Origin: Clostridia bacterium
Lineage (GTDB): Bacteria; Bacillota; Clostridia; Oscillospirales; CAG-272
DNA: 46,792 nucleotides
Assembly: GCA_900753285.1 (NCBI GenBank)
Contig: CAADYN010000131.1
Span: 1 to 46,792, forward strand
Direction of reading: 5' to 3'
Shown here: piece after piece, positions 35,689 through 44,821 of the stretch
Layout of the letters: each line of letters starts with the position of its first letter
How positions within the stretch are numbered: position 1 is the first letter of the stretch
Made by a program: the position numbers and the translations under genes
Notes under the pieces: model-generated
The model's database searches: none
What the model was told of the DNA's origin: nothing
The model's input: the letters and a program-made list of their open reading frames with translations, nothing else

Positions 35689-37107
35689 TTATCCTTTCTC
35701 AGAGATATCGCTCACGACGCATTTCGCCCAGAAGCCCGACTTCAGCATGGGAATGCCCGCAAACAGCTTTATCGTCTCGCTGAACTGCACCGCGAAGTAT
35801 ATCCAGACTATGCTGATATCAGTGAAGCGGCACATGAACAGCGATATCATTGCGGGGACAACCCATGTAAATACGGAGTCGAACAGGAAGGTGATGATCG
35901 TCTTTCCGCCGGAGCGTATGGTAAAGTAAATATTGTGTATAAGAGCGTGAATCGGAAGGGAAGCGCCGGCTATCATTAGGAACGTTGTCGAGAGAGACTG
36001 AACCTCCGGCTCTACCTTATAAAGAAGCGGGATAAACGGAGCTGAGGCGATAATGAGAAGTCCTATCACGATATGCGCGGCTACGGTAACGAAAAGGAGC
36101 TTGTTGTCAACGTCTATCGCGCCTTCTTCATCTCCCGCGCCGAGCTTCTGACCGACGAGGATTGATACGGCAGAACCCATCGCGAACATGATTATGCAGA
36201 AGAGGTTCCACGCCGTAGTTGCTATGTTTATCGCCGCCACAACAGTAAGACCGCGGACGGAATAGTTCTGTGTGACGAATGTAGTTCCGAGAGACCAGAG
36301 CACCTCATTCACGAGCAGGGGAGTTCCGGTTATCGCTATGCGTTTGACAAGCTGCGCGGGAACGTGAAGGCTTTTGTACGCACCCTCGATGAAGCGGAAC
36401 TTGTCGGGATGGCGGTGAGTGGCGACGACTACTACGATAAGCTCAACAAAACGAGACATTACCGTAGCTATAGCCGCGCCTCTTACGCCGAGAGCAGGGA
36501 ATCCGCAAAGACCGAAGATGAGGAGCAGGTTGAAAACGAAGTTCACTGCAATAGCTGCGACGCTTGCGATCATGGGAGCCACGGTTTCGCCGGTTTCTCT
36601 GAGCGTTCCCGCGTATGCCTGAACTACCGTGAAGGGGATCAGTCCCACAACGGCAATGTCGAGGTATGCGCAGGCTTCGGAGAGGGTTTTCGCTATGTCC
36701 TCGGCGGAGTTTGCTTCACTTTTCAGAAACAGCATGATGAGATTTTCTCCGAACACTGTAAAAACTACGATTGCGATGACCGATGTGACTACGGAGAATA
36801 TCATTTTGAAGCGGAACGTGTCGCGCATTCCTTTGTAGTCGCCGCTTCCGAAGAACTGAGTTCCGAATATGGACGCGCCCGAGATTCCGCCGAATATAGC
36901 GAGGTTGAAAACGAAAACAAGCTGATTGGCAATGGAAACGGCACTCATGTGCAGCGTTCCCAGTCTGCCGACCATTAAGTTGTCAAGAAGGCTTACGAAG
37001 TTTGTGATACCCTGCTGTATGATGAGCGGAAGCACGAGTATCCAGAGGATTTTATAAAAATTTCTGTCGCCGATAAATTTGCGCTTGAAGGATTTTAGAA
37101 AATTCAT
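35689..37107 (-). CDS. MATE family efflux transporter
   Basis: 472 aa with a ~12-TM profile. The N-terminal motif is PLIIQQGITNFVSLLDNLMVGRLG. Confidence 0.9.
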   Translation of the reverse strand: MNFLKSFKRKFIGDRNFYKILWILVLPLIIQQGITNFVSLLDNLMVGRLGTLHMSAVSIANQLVFVFNLAIFGGISGASIFGTQFFGSGDYKGMRDTFRFKMIFSVVTSVIAIVVFTVFGENLIMLFLKSEANSAEDIAKTLSEACAYLDIAVVGLIPFTVVQAYAGTLRETGETVAPMIASVAAIAVNFVFNLLLIFGLCGFPALGVRGAAIATVMSRFVELIVVVVATHRHPDKFRFIEGAYKSLHVPAQLVKRIAITGTPLLVNEVLWSLGTTFVTQNYSVRGLTVVAAINIATTAWNLFCIIMFAMGSAVSILVGQKLGAGDEEGAIDVDNKLLFVTVAAHIVIGLLIIASAPFIPLLYKVEPEVQSLSTTFLMIAGASLPIHALIHNIYFTIRSGGKTIITFLFDSVFTWVVPAMISLFMCRFTDISIVWIYFAVQFSETIKLFAGIPMLKSGFWAKCVVSDISEKG

Positions 37108-37145
37108 ATCAGAGTATTGCTTTCTTTAGTGATTAATATGATAAC

Positions 37146-38564
37146 TCAGTCGATTTTAAAACCGAAGAAGTTCTTTGTGTTGTTGTAGCAGATGTCACAT
37201 ACGAGGGTAGCCAGAGCTTCCGGGTCAAAGGGGTAAAGTCCGTCCTCGACCCATTCGCCGATAATGTTGCAGAGTATGCGCCTGAAATATTCGTGGCGGG
37301 GATATGAGGTGAAGCTGCGCGAGTCGGTGAGCATTCCGTTGAATTTGCCGAACGCGCTGACGTTTGCGAGCTGTTTCATCTGGACTTCCATGCCGTCGAG
37401 AGTGTCGTTGAACCACCATGCCGAGCCTTGCATTACCTTGGGATATCCGTCCTCGGAGGTCTGGAAGCAGCCGAGCATTGACGAAATAGCGGCGTTGCAG
37501 GTGGGGTCTACCGAATAAACTATGGTGCGCGGCAGGCCGGAGTGCTTTTCCATGAGTGCGAGCAGCTCTATAATGCCCTGTACATTAGTGTATCCGATGG
37601 TGTCAAAGCCTGTGTCGGGACCTAGCTTCTTCATCATGACTGGGTTTGCGTTTCTGCAAACTCCGGCGTGAAGCTGCATTACCCATCCGCGCTTTGCATA
37701 CTCACCCGCAAGGAATGAGAGCATTTCGCATTTGAGCAGGCACAGCATCTCGGGAGTAACTTCCTTGCCGTCGGAGTTGAGCGCGGTTTCGAGAGCACGG
37801 TCGGCGGCGTATTCGTTGGGCTTTACGTACATCGGGAACTCGTCAAGTCCGTGGTCGGCGGTGCGGCATCCCATTTTGTCGAAGAAGTCAATGCGGCTCA
37901 CAAGAGCTTCTTTCAGCGTAGCAATGTTCTTGATGTGGACTCCGCTTGCCGCGCTGAGCTTTTCGTAGTACGCTTCGAGACCGGGTTTGTTTATGTTGAA
38001 GCACTTGTCGGGACGGAACGCAGGGAGAACCTGAGTGTCAAACGTGTCGTCTTCCGCTAGCATCTTGTGCCATTCAAGTGAGTCTATGGGATCGTCCGTC
38101 GTGCAGATGACCTTGACGCGGGACTTTCTTATGAGATTGCGCACGCTCATTGAAGGGTCTTCGAGCATAGCGGAGGTAAGCTCCCAGATTTCGTCAACGG
38201 TGTCGGGACCGAGAATAAGTCCGCAGCCGAAGAATCTCTTAAGCTCCAGATGTGTCCAGTGGTAAAGCGGATTTCCGATGAGATAGGGCATACACTCGGC
38301 ATAAGCCTTGAACTTTTCGTAGTCGGAGGCGTCGCCCGTTATGTACTTCTCGGGAACTCCGCAGCTTCTCATAGCTCTCCATTTGTAGTGGTCTCCGCCG
38401 AGCCAAAGCTCCGTTATGTTGGAGTACTGCTTGTCCTCTGCAATTTCGCGCGGAGAAACGTGGCAGTGGTAGTCGATGATCGGGAGATGTTCAGCGTACT
38501 TGTGGAAAAGAACCTGCGCGGTTTCGTTTTTCAGAAGAAAGTTTCTGCCCATAAAGTTTTTCAT
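37146..38564 (-). CDS. uxaC: Glucuronate isomerase
   Basis: 472 aa. The N-terminus carries FLL.NETA..LFHKYA..LPIIDYHCH and ELWLGGDHYKWRAMR. Confidence 0.95.
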   Translation of the reverse strand: MKNFMGRNFLLKNETAQVLFHKYAEHLPIIDYHCHVSPREIAEDKQYSNITELWLGGDHYKWRAMRSCGVPEKYITGDASDYEKFKAYAECMPYLIGNPLYHWTHLELKRFFGCGLILGPDTVDEIWELTSAMLEDPSMSVRNLIRKSRVKVICTTDDPIDSLEWHKMLAEDDTFDTQVLPAFRPDKCFNINKPGLEAYYEKLSAASGVHIKNIATLKEALVSRIDFFDKMGCRTADHGLDEFPMYVKPNEYAADRALETALNSDGKEVTPEMLCLLKCEMLSFLAGEYAKRGWVMQLHAGVCRNANPVMMKKLGPDTGFDTIGYTNVQGIIELLALMEKHSGLPRTIVYSVDPTCNAAISSMLGCFQTSEDGYPKVMQGSAWWFNDTLDGMEVQMKQLANVSAFGKFNGMLTDSRSFTSYPRHEYFRRILCNIIGEWVEDGLYPFDPEALATLVCDICYNNTKNFFGFKID

Positions 38565-38565
38565 T

Positions 38566-39456
38566 TTACTTGTTCTCCTTCGTTACGGTATTGTATTTGT
38601 GGTTGAATAATTCGTCAAGATAACAAAGAGTGTCCTTTATCTTCGGTATGTCAAGCTCCTCGCCGACCATTACCGGGGATTCAAGGGTGAGAGTGCCGCT
38701 GTAGTTTATGTCGTAAAGCAGGGAAGCAACCTCGTCAAAGTCAATGACACCGTCTCTCGGATGTAGAATGGGTCTGAGCGCGCTGAAATTCCTGTATCCG
38801 CCTACAAAATCGCTCACGTGAATGTGCTCTATCCTCTCGTCTATGACCTTGTCCGTGAGAGTTTCATTTATCTGTTCGTGCAGCTTGCCGAATCGCGTGT
38901 CGAAAATGAATCCGCCGTTTCCGAGGTAGGGAAGAACCTTGTGCCAGTTTGAGAGAGGATCGTGCGCGCTTGACGGGATGTTTTCGATGAGCAGGCGAAC
39001 TCCGTTTTCGTTTGCAATGGAGGTAAGCTCCGGCAGCTTTGATATGTTGTAGTCAACATTCCTGTCGGAGGAGAAACCGCCCCAGAGATGAAGCACCATT
39101 CGCGTTATTTCAAGCTCTCGCGCGACGTTACAGTTCAGCCGGAACAGCAGCACAGCCTCACGGTACAGTTCTTCCGCTTCATCCGGTTTGCCGTCGGACA
39201 TAAGCACACCCGCGTCGGAGATTTTTGTTCCGATTTCCTTTTCGCAGTGTATCGTTACGGGATTTACGCTGCTTTTTTGCACTTCAGATACGATATCGCC
39301 GAGCTTGTCGTAGAAGAAAGTCAGCATCATAAGCTCGCATCCGACGCAAAAACCTTTGTCCTGTAGCTTTTTTATCTCATATAACGCCCTTTTGTAGTTA
39401 AATCCGTTGCTGCGTCCCACCATTGTGCCGGTTGAGACAAGTGTATTTATTGACAT
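38566..39456 (-). CDS. Sugar phosphate isomerase/epimerase (xylose isomerase-like TIM barrel)
   Basis: 296 aa. A typical LLIENIP segment and metal-ligand-like spacing are present. The stop lies 1 nt before the uxaC ATG. Confidence 0.7.
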   Translation of the reverse strand: MSINTLVSTGTMVGRSNGFNYKRALYEIKKLQDKGFCVGCELMMLTFFYDKLGDIVSEVQKSSVNPVTIHCEKEIGTKISDAGVLMSDGKPDEAEELYREAVLLFRLNCNVARELEITRMVLHLWGGFSSDRNVDYNISKLPELTSIANENGVRLLIENIPSSAHDPLSNWHKVLPYLGNGGFIFDTRFGKLHEQINETLTDKVIDERIEHIHVSDFVGGYRNFSALRPILHPRDGVIDFDEVASLLYDINYSGTLTLESPVMVGEELDIPKIKDTLCYLDELFNHKYNTVTKENK

Positions 39457-39490
39457 ATAAGACCTGATTTCGCATTGTTATTTCAGTATA

Positions 39491-39519
39491 ATAATACTAT
39501 ACTGTTTTCGTTTTGTCAA
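39491..39519 (-). promoter_or_regulatory. SigA-type promoter of the isomerase-uxaC-MATE-LURP operon
   Basis: On the minus strand: TTGACA, a 17-nt spacer, then TATTAT. It lies about 35 nt upstream of the ATG at 39456. Confidence 0.55.
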
Positions 39520-39625
39520 TAAGTACGGAGACGCTTTGGCAGATTCAGAAGATTTTCAGCTTAACGCACGTACATGAGAGACAAAATCTGCGTCAAAACG
39601 GTATGTAAAATTCGCGGAGATGATT

Positions 39626-39665
39626 ATCGGCGTTTGTCTAAAACAAAATCGGCGTTTGCCTAAAA
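39626..39665. repeat. Two 18-nt direct repeats with 22-bp phasing
   Basis: atcggcgtttgtctaaaa (39626-39643) is followed by caaa and then atcggcgtttgcctaaaa (39648-39665), with one mismatch. Confidence 0.8.
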
Positions 39666-39676
39666 TTACTGAGGCG

Positions 39677-39717
39677 GCAAAAAATCCGAGCCGACTTTAC
39701 GCAATCAGTTCGGATTT
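39677..39717 (-). terminator. Intrinsic terminator after the GH5-like gene (copy 1 of a duplicated terminator)
   Basis: On the minus strand the stem aaatccgaactgatt...agtcggctcggattt is followed by tttttgc. It is near-identical to 40968-41008. Confidence 0.75.
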
Positions 39718-39733
39718 ATTTGAAATTATTATC

Positions 39734-40888
39734 TTAAAGTATCTGACAGATTTCTTTCAGTTCTTTTGCAAGCTCAAACGCAAACTGTCTTATTTCAAGG
39801 AGAGGCGTGTCAACATCACGTCTGAATTTGGCTATTTTCGCGGTAGGCGGATATGCCATCGGTATCATGTCGCAGCCTTCGAGCAGATACGCGGCGTACT
39901 CACAAGCTTCAAGCAGCTTTTCCTTGTCGCTCGGACGATAGTCAAAGCCGTCGCAGGTGTATTCGGTAAGCGCGTTTTTAATCATTTCGACCGCTCTGTC
40001 TGCCGCTCCCTCTCTGTTCGGAATGGGAAGCACAATACCCTCTCCGCGGTTTCTGAAGCATCCCATCATTGCGGCGATAGTTGCGGGATCTCGCACAGTT
40101 CCGTCGGGATAGAAAACTCCGTGCTCGCTGTCGCATCTTCCGTGAATAATCAGCTCATACACGAACCATCCCATGTTGTACTTCTGACAAGCCGCGAGAG
40201 CCATGTCGTACGGATTTGCTCGTGCAAGGCATCCTGTTTCAGTCTGGAGCACGGGCTTGCCGTATTTTTTTGAAAGGCTGTCGGCGAGGGAATAATTTGC
40301 GTCGATGGAGCGCGATGTTCCGTTGTAGTCGTGGAATGAGAGCACATCCACTGAATCCGCGGTGGGTTCAATGTCAATGGCGGTGGTGTGTCCTACGGTG
40401 ATGGCGTTCTTGTGGTCGAGATTTTTCACAAAAGCACAGTATCTGCGGACGAATCCCCACATTTTCTCGTACTTTGCCTTCTGAATCTCATGGTCTTTCT
40501 CGCCGAATATCCAGTCGTTGCAGGAAGGCTCGTTCATTATGTCCCACATCAAAAGTCCCGGCTCGTCTTTCAGCGCGTTCACGATTGTCCGGGTGTATTC
40601 GTCTCCCGCGGGATAGTTTTCCTCGTCTATCATGTGCGGGTCGAGCATATTTCCGTTCCAGATAATAGGCATGACGCGATATCCGCACTCGTAGCACTCC
40701 CTTGTGTATCTGACCACACGCTCAATGTAACCTGTTTTGTCAGCCGCATATGACCTGTAGTCGAGCCAGAAGCGGACGGAGTTCAGATTCACGCGCTTTC
40801 CGTAGCCGAGCTCTTTTTTCAGCTGCTCGCCGGAGGACATATAGTGATTCACTCCGCGCACCCACGAATAATCATTTAAAATCTCCAT
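39734..40888 (-). CDS. Clan GH-A glycoside hydrolase (GH5-like), cytoplasmic
   Basis: An NEP acid/base motif (WDIMNEPS) and a candidate nucleophile context (PVLQTETGC) are present. I prefer the ATG at 40888 (MEILNDYSWVRGVN) because a promoter lies inside the longer ORF extension. Confidence 0.7.
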   Translation of the reverse strand: MEILNDYSWVRGVNHYMSSGEQLKKELGYGKRVNLNSVRFWLDYRSYAADKTGYIERVVRYTRECYECGYRVMPIIWNGNMLDPHMIDEENYPAGDEYTRTIVNALKDEPGLLMWDIMNEPSCNDWIFGEKDHEIQKAKYEKMWGFVRRYCAFVKNLDHKNAITVGHTTAIDIEPTADSVDVLSFHDYNGTSRSIDANYSLADSLSKKYGKPVLQTETGCLARANPYDMALAACQKYNMGWFVYELIIHGRCDSEHGVFYPDGTVRDPATIAAMMGCFRNRGEGIVLPIPNREGAADRAVEMIKNALTEYTCDGFDYRPSDKEKLLEACEYAAYLLEGCDMIPMAYPPTAKIAKFRRDVDTPLLEIRQFAFELAKELKEICQIL

Positions 40889-40928
40889 AGTTTTATCCTT
40901 TCGTTTTGCTTTGTATTGCAGTATCATT

Positions 40929-40957
40929 ACTTTAGCAGAAAAATGAGGTATTGTCAA
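40929..40957 (-). promoter_or_regulatory. Candidate SigA promoter of the GH5-like gene
   Basis: On the minus strand: TTGACA, a 17-nt spacer, then TAAAGT. Confidence 0.45.
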
Positions 40958-40967
40958 TTGCAGTGAA

Positions 40968-41008
40968 GCAAAAAATCCGAGCCGACTCGCCTGAATCAGT
41001 TCGGATTT
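40968..41008 (-). terminator. Intrinsic terminator after the ABC-MBL operon (copy 2 of the duplicated terminator)
   Basis: The stem arms are the same as at 39677-39717 (gcaaaaaatccgagccgact ... aatcagttcggattt) and only the 6-nt loop differs. There is a T-tract on the minus strand. Confidence 0.75.
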
Positions 41009-41020
41009 GCTTTATTATTT

Positions 41021-42085
41021 TTAAAACTCTATCGTCCGCTCAGAGGTAAAATCCTTGCTGTGATAGGGAACGGTACGCTCAAATTCGTTCTGCTCTGTCA
41101 GCCTGCGGAACTGCGCGTAACCGAGATGTACGGGATAACGCAGCATATCAGCTTTGCCTTGACTGAACAGCATCTCGCTGAACGAGCCTTTCTCAAGCGT
41201 TCCCGTCATGACAGCTCTTCCTCCGATGGAGAGTACCTGTTCTGCCATGCCCTGCGCCGCACTGCTTCTCAGCTGAGGATCGCTCACAAATACAATGCCG
41301 TCCTTCTCTCCGCTGTACTGTCCGACAGAAGAAGTGATTTTCTCATCCTTATACCAGAATCCGCCGGAGTTGAGTTCAGTGAGGTTCTTCATAAACAGCT
41401 CGTCGGCGTAATATTTCACTCCGCTCAGATTGTCCGAGAACAGCTTAAATATCTCAATCCCGCGCCCGTATTTCGGTACAGGGAAGAGCAGAATCGAGCG
41501 CTCCGACAACTGCTTTTCAGTATTTTGAAGGAGTTTTTCGCAGTATTCGGAATATGCGGTATCATCTTTTCCGTATGCGCAGTCAAGCACGGCGAGGTCA
41601 GCTTTGCGATTACGAATCACGTCGCAAGAGTAAACCTGCGTGTCCTCCGTGTAGTCTCCCGAGAAGAATATCGTTTTTTCACCCTCGCTGAGCTGCAACC
41701 ACACGCTGCCCGCGCAATGTCCGCTTCTGCCGTATTCTATCCCGAGACTGTTAAACTTTCCCGTACCGTGTGGGCAGATTTCGCTCAGAGTGCAGTGTTT
41801 TTCCAAATTAAATGGAAGCTGTCGCAGAGTTTCGTCGGACGCAATGACTGTTCCGTTAAATCCGTTTTCGTAAAGCCACGGAATCGCACCTGTGTGGTCG
41901 GCGTGAGAGTGCGTGAGGAATACGGCGTCGAGGCTCTTGATTTGCTCCGGTGTCAGGCGTGGGTACGGGTCGAGGGGAGTGTCAGCCATCTTTCCGCAGT
42001 CCACAAGGAAGTTTATACTTTCCCCATTCACGAGAAAGCAGTTTCGACCGTGTTCCCCTACGCCGCCTGCAATATACAGCTTCAT
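41021..42085 (-). CDS. MBL-fold metallo-hydrolase (beta-CASP-like layout)
   Basis: 354 aa. The motifs are THSHADHTG (HxHxDH), GHCAGS, FSGDY and, later, YPVHLGY. The ATG lies 1 nt after the permease stop. Confidence 0.8.
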   Translation of the reverse strand: MKLYIAGGVGEHGRNCFLVNGESINFLVDCGKMADTPLDPYPRLTPEQIKSLDAVFLTHSHADHTGAIPWLYENGFNGTVIASDETLRQLPFNLEKHCTLSEICPHGTGKFNSLGIEYGRSGHCAGSVWLQLSEGEKTIFFSGDYTEDTQVYSCDVIRNRKADLAVLDCAYGKDDTAYSEYCEKLLQNTEKQLSERSILLFPVPKYGRGIEIFKLFSDNLSGVKYYADELFMKNLTELNSGGFWYKDEKITSSVGQYSGEKDGIVFVSDPQLRSSAAQGMAEQVLSIGGRAVMTGTLEKGSFSEMLFSQGKADMLRYPVHLGYAQFRRLTEQNEFERTVPYHSKDFTSERTIEF

Positions 42086-42086
42086 C

Positions 42087-43745
42087 TTATGCCCCCTTGC
42101 GCTTTCCAGTGAAGTGATTGAATATCAGCAGCGCCGTCGTTGTGATAAGCACGCAGAGCACAGCCATAGCCATACCGAGCGAGACACTGCCTTGTTCAAA
42201 CTCGCGGTTTATGTAGGTGGAGACGACAAGGGTGTTCGGCGGCGCGATAAGACTTGCGGTGACAAGCTCACGGAAAGCGATAATGAATATCATCATCCAT
42301 CCGGCAAAGATACCGCGGGATATCATCGGCAGAGTGACGCGGCGGAATACATACGAGGGAGTGCCGCCAAAGGTTCGTCCCGCTTCAAGAAGGCTCTCGT
42401 TTATCTGGGTAAAAGCGGAAGTGACGAACTGCACGGTGTAAGGCAGGTACAGCACCACATATGCGAGCACCATAATGCCGATAGTGTTGTACAGCGGAAT
42501 GACTTTGTATATCGCGTTCCAGAACAGCATTATGCCGATAACAAGAACGATACTCGGGAGCATCTCAGGCAGAAGACTTACGCCCTCGAGAGTTTTTTTG
42601 AAAAATCCCTTCGACTTTCTCACAGCTATAACGACCGCCGTGCCGATAATCGAGCAAATTGTAGCGGAGGACACAGCGAGAAACAGGCTTTTCCATATGG
42701 AAGAGAGCGCTTTCGGTGTAGTCAGCAGATCCTTGTAGTGATCCAGCGTAAAGTTGCCCGCAGCCAGACCGTACCCGCGCAGCTTTATGAGTGAGGTTGA
42801 TATAATGGAGAAGTACGGCACGCCTATAGCTACAATCACGACAGCCGCAATCCAAAGCCACGCGAGAACCTGACCCAAAACGGAAAGATGTGTTCTCGCG
42901 GGACGGCTTCCTTTTCCGCTGACCAGTCTGTAGCTGTTTTTGCTCGTGATGTAGTTCTGCATGAGCCACATGACAATACAAATGCACACGAGAACGGAGG
43001 AAAGGCTTGCGGAGCGTCCGAAATCAATAGGAGCGGTGGTGAAGTAGCGGTGGATGTCGGTTGTGAATACGTAGAATCCTATGCGGCGACCGAGGGTGTA
43101 AGGCGTTCCGTATTCAGAGAGGGTCTTGACGAACACAAGCAGTGCGCCGATAGCGTAGTTTCCCGTGAGAAGTGGAGCGAATATCTTGCGAAGTCTCTGT
43201 GTAAATCCCGCACCGAACACCGCGCCGCTTTCCTCAAGACTTGCAGGTATGTTCAGCATGGCGTTTTTGAGCATCGTCATAAGGAACGGGAACACATGAA
43301 GGCTCATCACAAGCACAAGTCCGCCGAAACAGAAGAATCCCTCCGACCATGAGCCTGTAGAGGGGAACAGCTGCTGGAACAGTCCTCTCTTCTGCATGAA
43401 CAAAATCCATCCCATTGAAGCGATGTACGGAGGCGTCATGAAAGGTATCATGAATACGATGTCGAGCCAGCTGTGACGTGAAAGCTGAGTCCGCGCGAGA
43501 AGATACGCTGTCGGTACGGCAATGACTGTCGAGCAGAGCACCACGCACACGCCGAGCAGCATTGAGTTTCGGATAGTCTCCAAATTGTCGGGGTTTGCTA
43601 TGTTTTCCCACGCCTGATAAAGGTCAAGGCGACCATCATTGACGATCGCCTTGGCAAAAACCATTATCAGAGGGCATAGGATGAGTACGGCAAGCAGTAT
43701 TAGCAGCAGCGCCGACGGCAGATTCTTTTTAAGATCTTGTTTCAT
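42087..43745 (-). CDS. ABC importer permease, duplicated-domain type (FbpB/ThiP-like)
   Basis: 552 aa, hydrophobic, with ~12 TM segments and two internally repeated permease halves. Confidence 0.85.
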   Translation of the reverse strand: MKQDLKKNLPSALLLILLAVLILCPLIMVFAKAIVNDGRLDLYQAWENIANPDNLETIRNSMLLGVCVVLCSTVIAVPTAYLLARTQLSRHSWLDIVFMIPFMTPPYIASMGWILFMQKRGLFQQLFPSTGSWSEGFFCFGGLVLVMSLHVFPFLMTMLKNAMLNIPASLEESGAVFGAGFTQRLRKIFAPLLTGNYAIGALLVFVKTLSEYGTPYTLGRRIGFYVFTTDIHRYFTTAPIDFGRSASLSSVLVCICIVMWLMQNYITSKNSYRLVSGKGSRPARTHLSVLGQVLAWLWIAAVVIVAIGVPYFSIISTSLIKLRGYGLAAGNFTLDHYKDLLTTPKALSSIWKSLFLAVSSATICSIIGTAVVIAVRKSKGFFKKTLEGVSLLPEMLPSIVLVIGIMLFWNAIYKVIPLYNTIGIMVLAYVVLYLPYTVQFVTSAFTQINESLLEAGRTFGGTPSYVFRRVTLPMISRGIFAGWMMIFIIAFRELVTASLIAPPNTLVVSTYINREFEQGSVSLGMAMAVLCVLITTTALLIFNHFTGKRKGA

Positions 43746-43759
43746 ACGCCCTCGCCGTT

Positions 43760-44821
43760 TTATTTACAGAGACTGTTCAGCTTAGCTGCCGTGTCAGAAG
43801 CTGCGTCCATCATCTTGGTCCAGTCTGTGGTAATCTGGGGGATGTCGGAGAGGTTTGTACGGCTGTCGCACTGAATGTCGCTGCGTCCGGGGAGAAGATA
43901 AGCGTCCGCTACGAGCTTCTGCGCTTCATCGGAGAAGAGGAAGTCAACGAATGCCTTTGCGTTATCCATGTTGGGCGCGGCCTTTAAAATCATTGCGGGG
44001 CGGGGATTTACTACGGTGCCGGATGCGGGGTAGTAGATGTTCAGCGGTTCGCCCTTTGCCATCGAGGAGTAAGCATTGTAGTCGACGCCGGCAATGAGAA
44101 TACCCTTTTCGCCTGTGGTGACAGCTTCAAGAGCGGCTTTGTTAGCTCCGGGAACAGTCAGACCGTTGGCAGCCCAGCTTTCGATAACAGCTTCACCATT
44201 GTCGGTACCTGTAACGAATCCTGCGAGGAAGTCCTTGCAAGCGCCGGATTTTTCAGGGTCGGGAATAGCTATCATATCCTTGTACTGCGCGTCGGCAAGC
44301 TCTGACCAGTCTGCGTCCAGCTCGGGTACTACAGTTGTGTTGTATATCACACCGACTGCTGATGCGCTTGAACCGAAGAGCATATTGTCGGAGTCTATCC
44401 ATCCCTCGTTTACCTTGTCGGCGTTTGCGGGAGTGTAGCTTACAAGCTGACCGTCTGCCTTCATGCTGAGTCCGTCCGACCATGACGCGAGAATTACAAC
44501 GTCGGCTACGGGATTTGCCTGCTCAGCTTCAAGACGCGCGAGTATCTCGCCTGTTGTGCCCTGGAACTGCTCTACCTCAACGCCTGTCTTCTCGGTGAAT
44601 GCGGCTGCGAGCTTATCTGCAAGACCTGCGGGACTGGGCATGTAAACCGTTACCTTGCCGGAGAGCTTTGTTTCGGTTGTGTCGGCAGCTGTAGTCTCCG
44701 TCGATGTGCCTGAGCTTGTGTCCTGAGATTTTGTTTCATTCTGAGACTGATCTTTTCCGCAGGAGGTGATGCCGAAGCAAAGGCAAAGTGCGGTAAGCAG
44801 ACATAACATACGTTTTTTCAT
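43760..44821 (-). CDS. ABC importer substrate-binding lipoprotein (Fe(III)/AfuA-type family)
   Basis: It has a signal peptide with the lipobox LCFGITSCG, a Thr/Ser-rich linker and an SBP fold of the iron(III)-type family, recognised by resemblance. Confidence 0.8.
   Translation of the reverse strand: MKKRMLCLLTALCLCFGITSCGKDQSQNETKSQDTSSGTSTETTAADTTETKLSGKVTVYMPSPAGLADKLAAAFTEKTGVEVEQFQGTTGEILARLEAEQANPVADVVILASWSDGLSMKADGQLVSYTPANADKVNEGWIDSDNMLFGSSASAVGVIYNTTVVPELDADWSELADAQYKDMIAIPDPEKSGACKDFLAGFVTGTDNGEAVIESWAANGLTVPGANKAALEAVTTGEKGILIAGVDYNAYSSMAKGEPLNIYYPASGTVVNPRPAMILKAAPNMDNAKAFVDFLFSDEAQKLVADAYLLPGRSDIQCDSRTNLSDIPQITTDWTKMMDAASDTAAKLNSLCK

Noticed and set aside
41060-42112. A 350-aa plus-strand ORF mirroring almost the whole MBL hydrolase gene.
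   Set aside because: The opposite strand carries clear HxHxDH MBL motifs and operon coupling. The plus ORF is Arg/Ser/Val-rich shadow sequence without an RBS.
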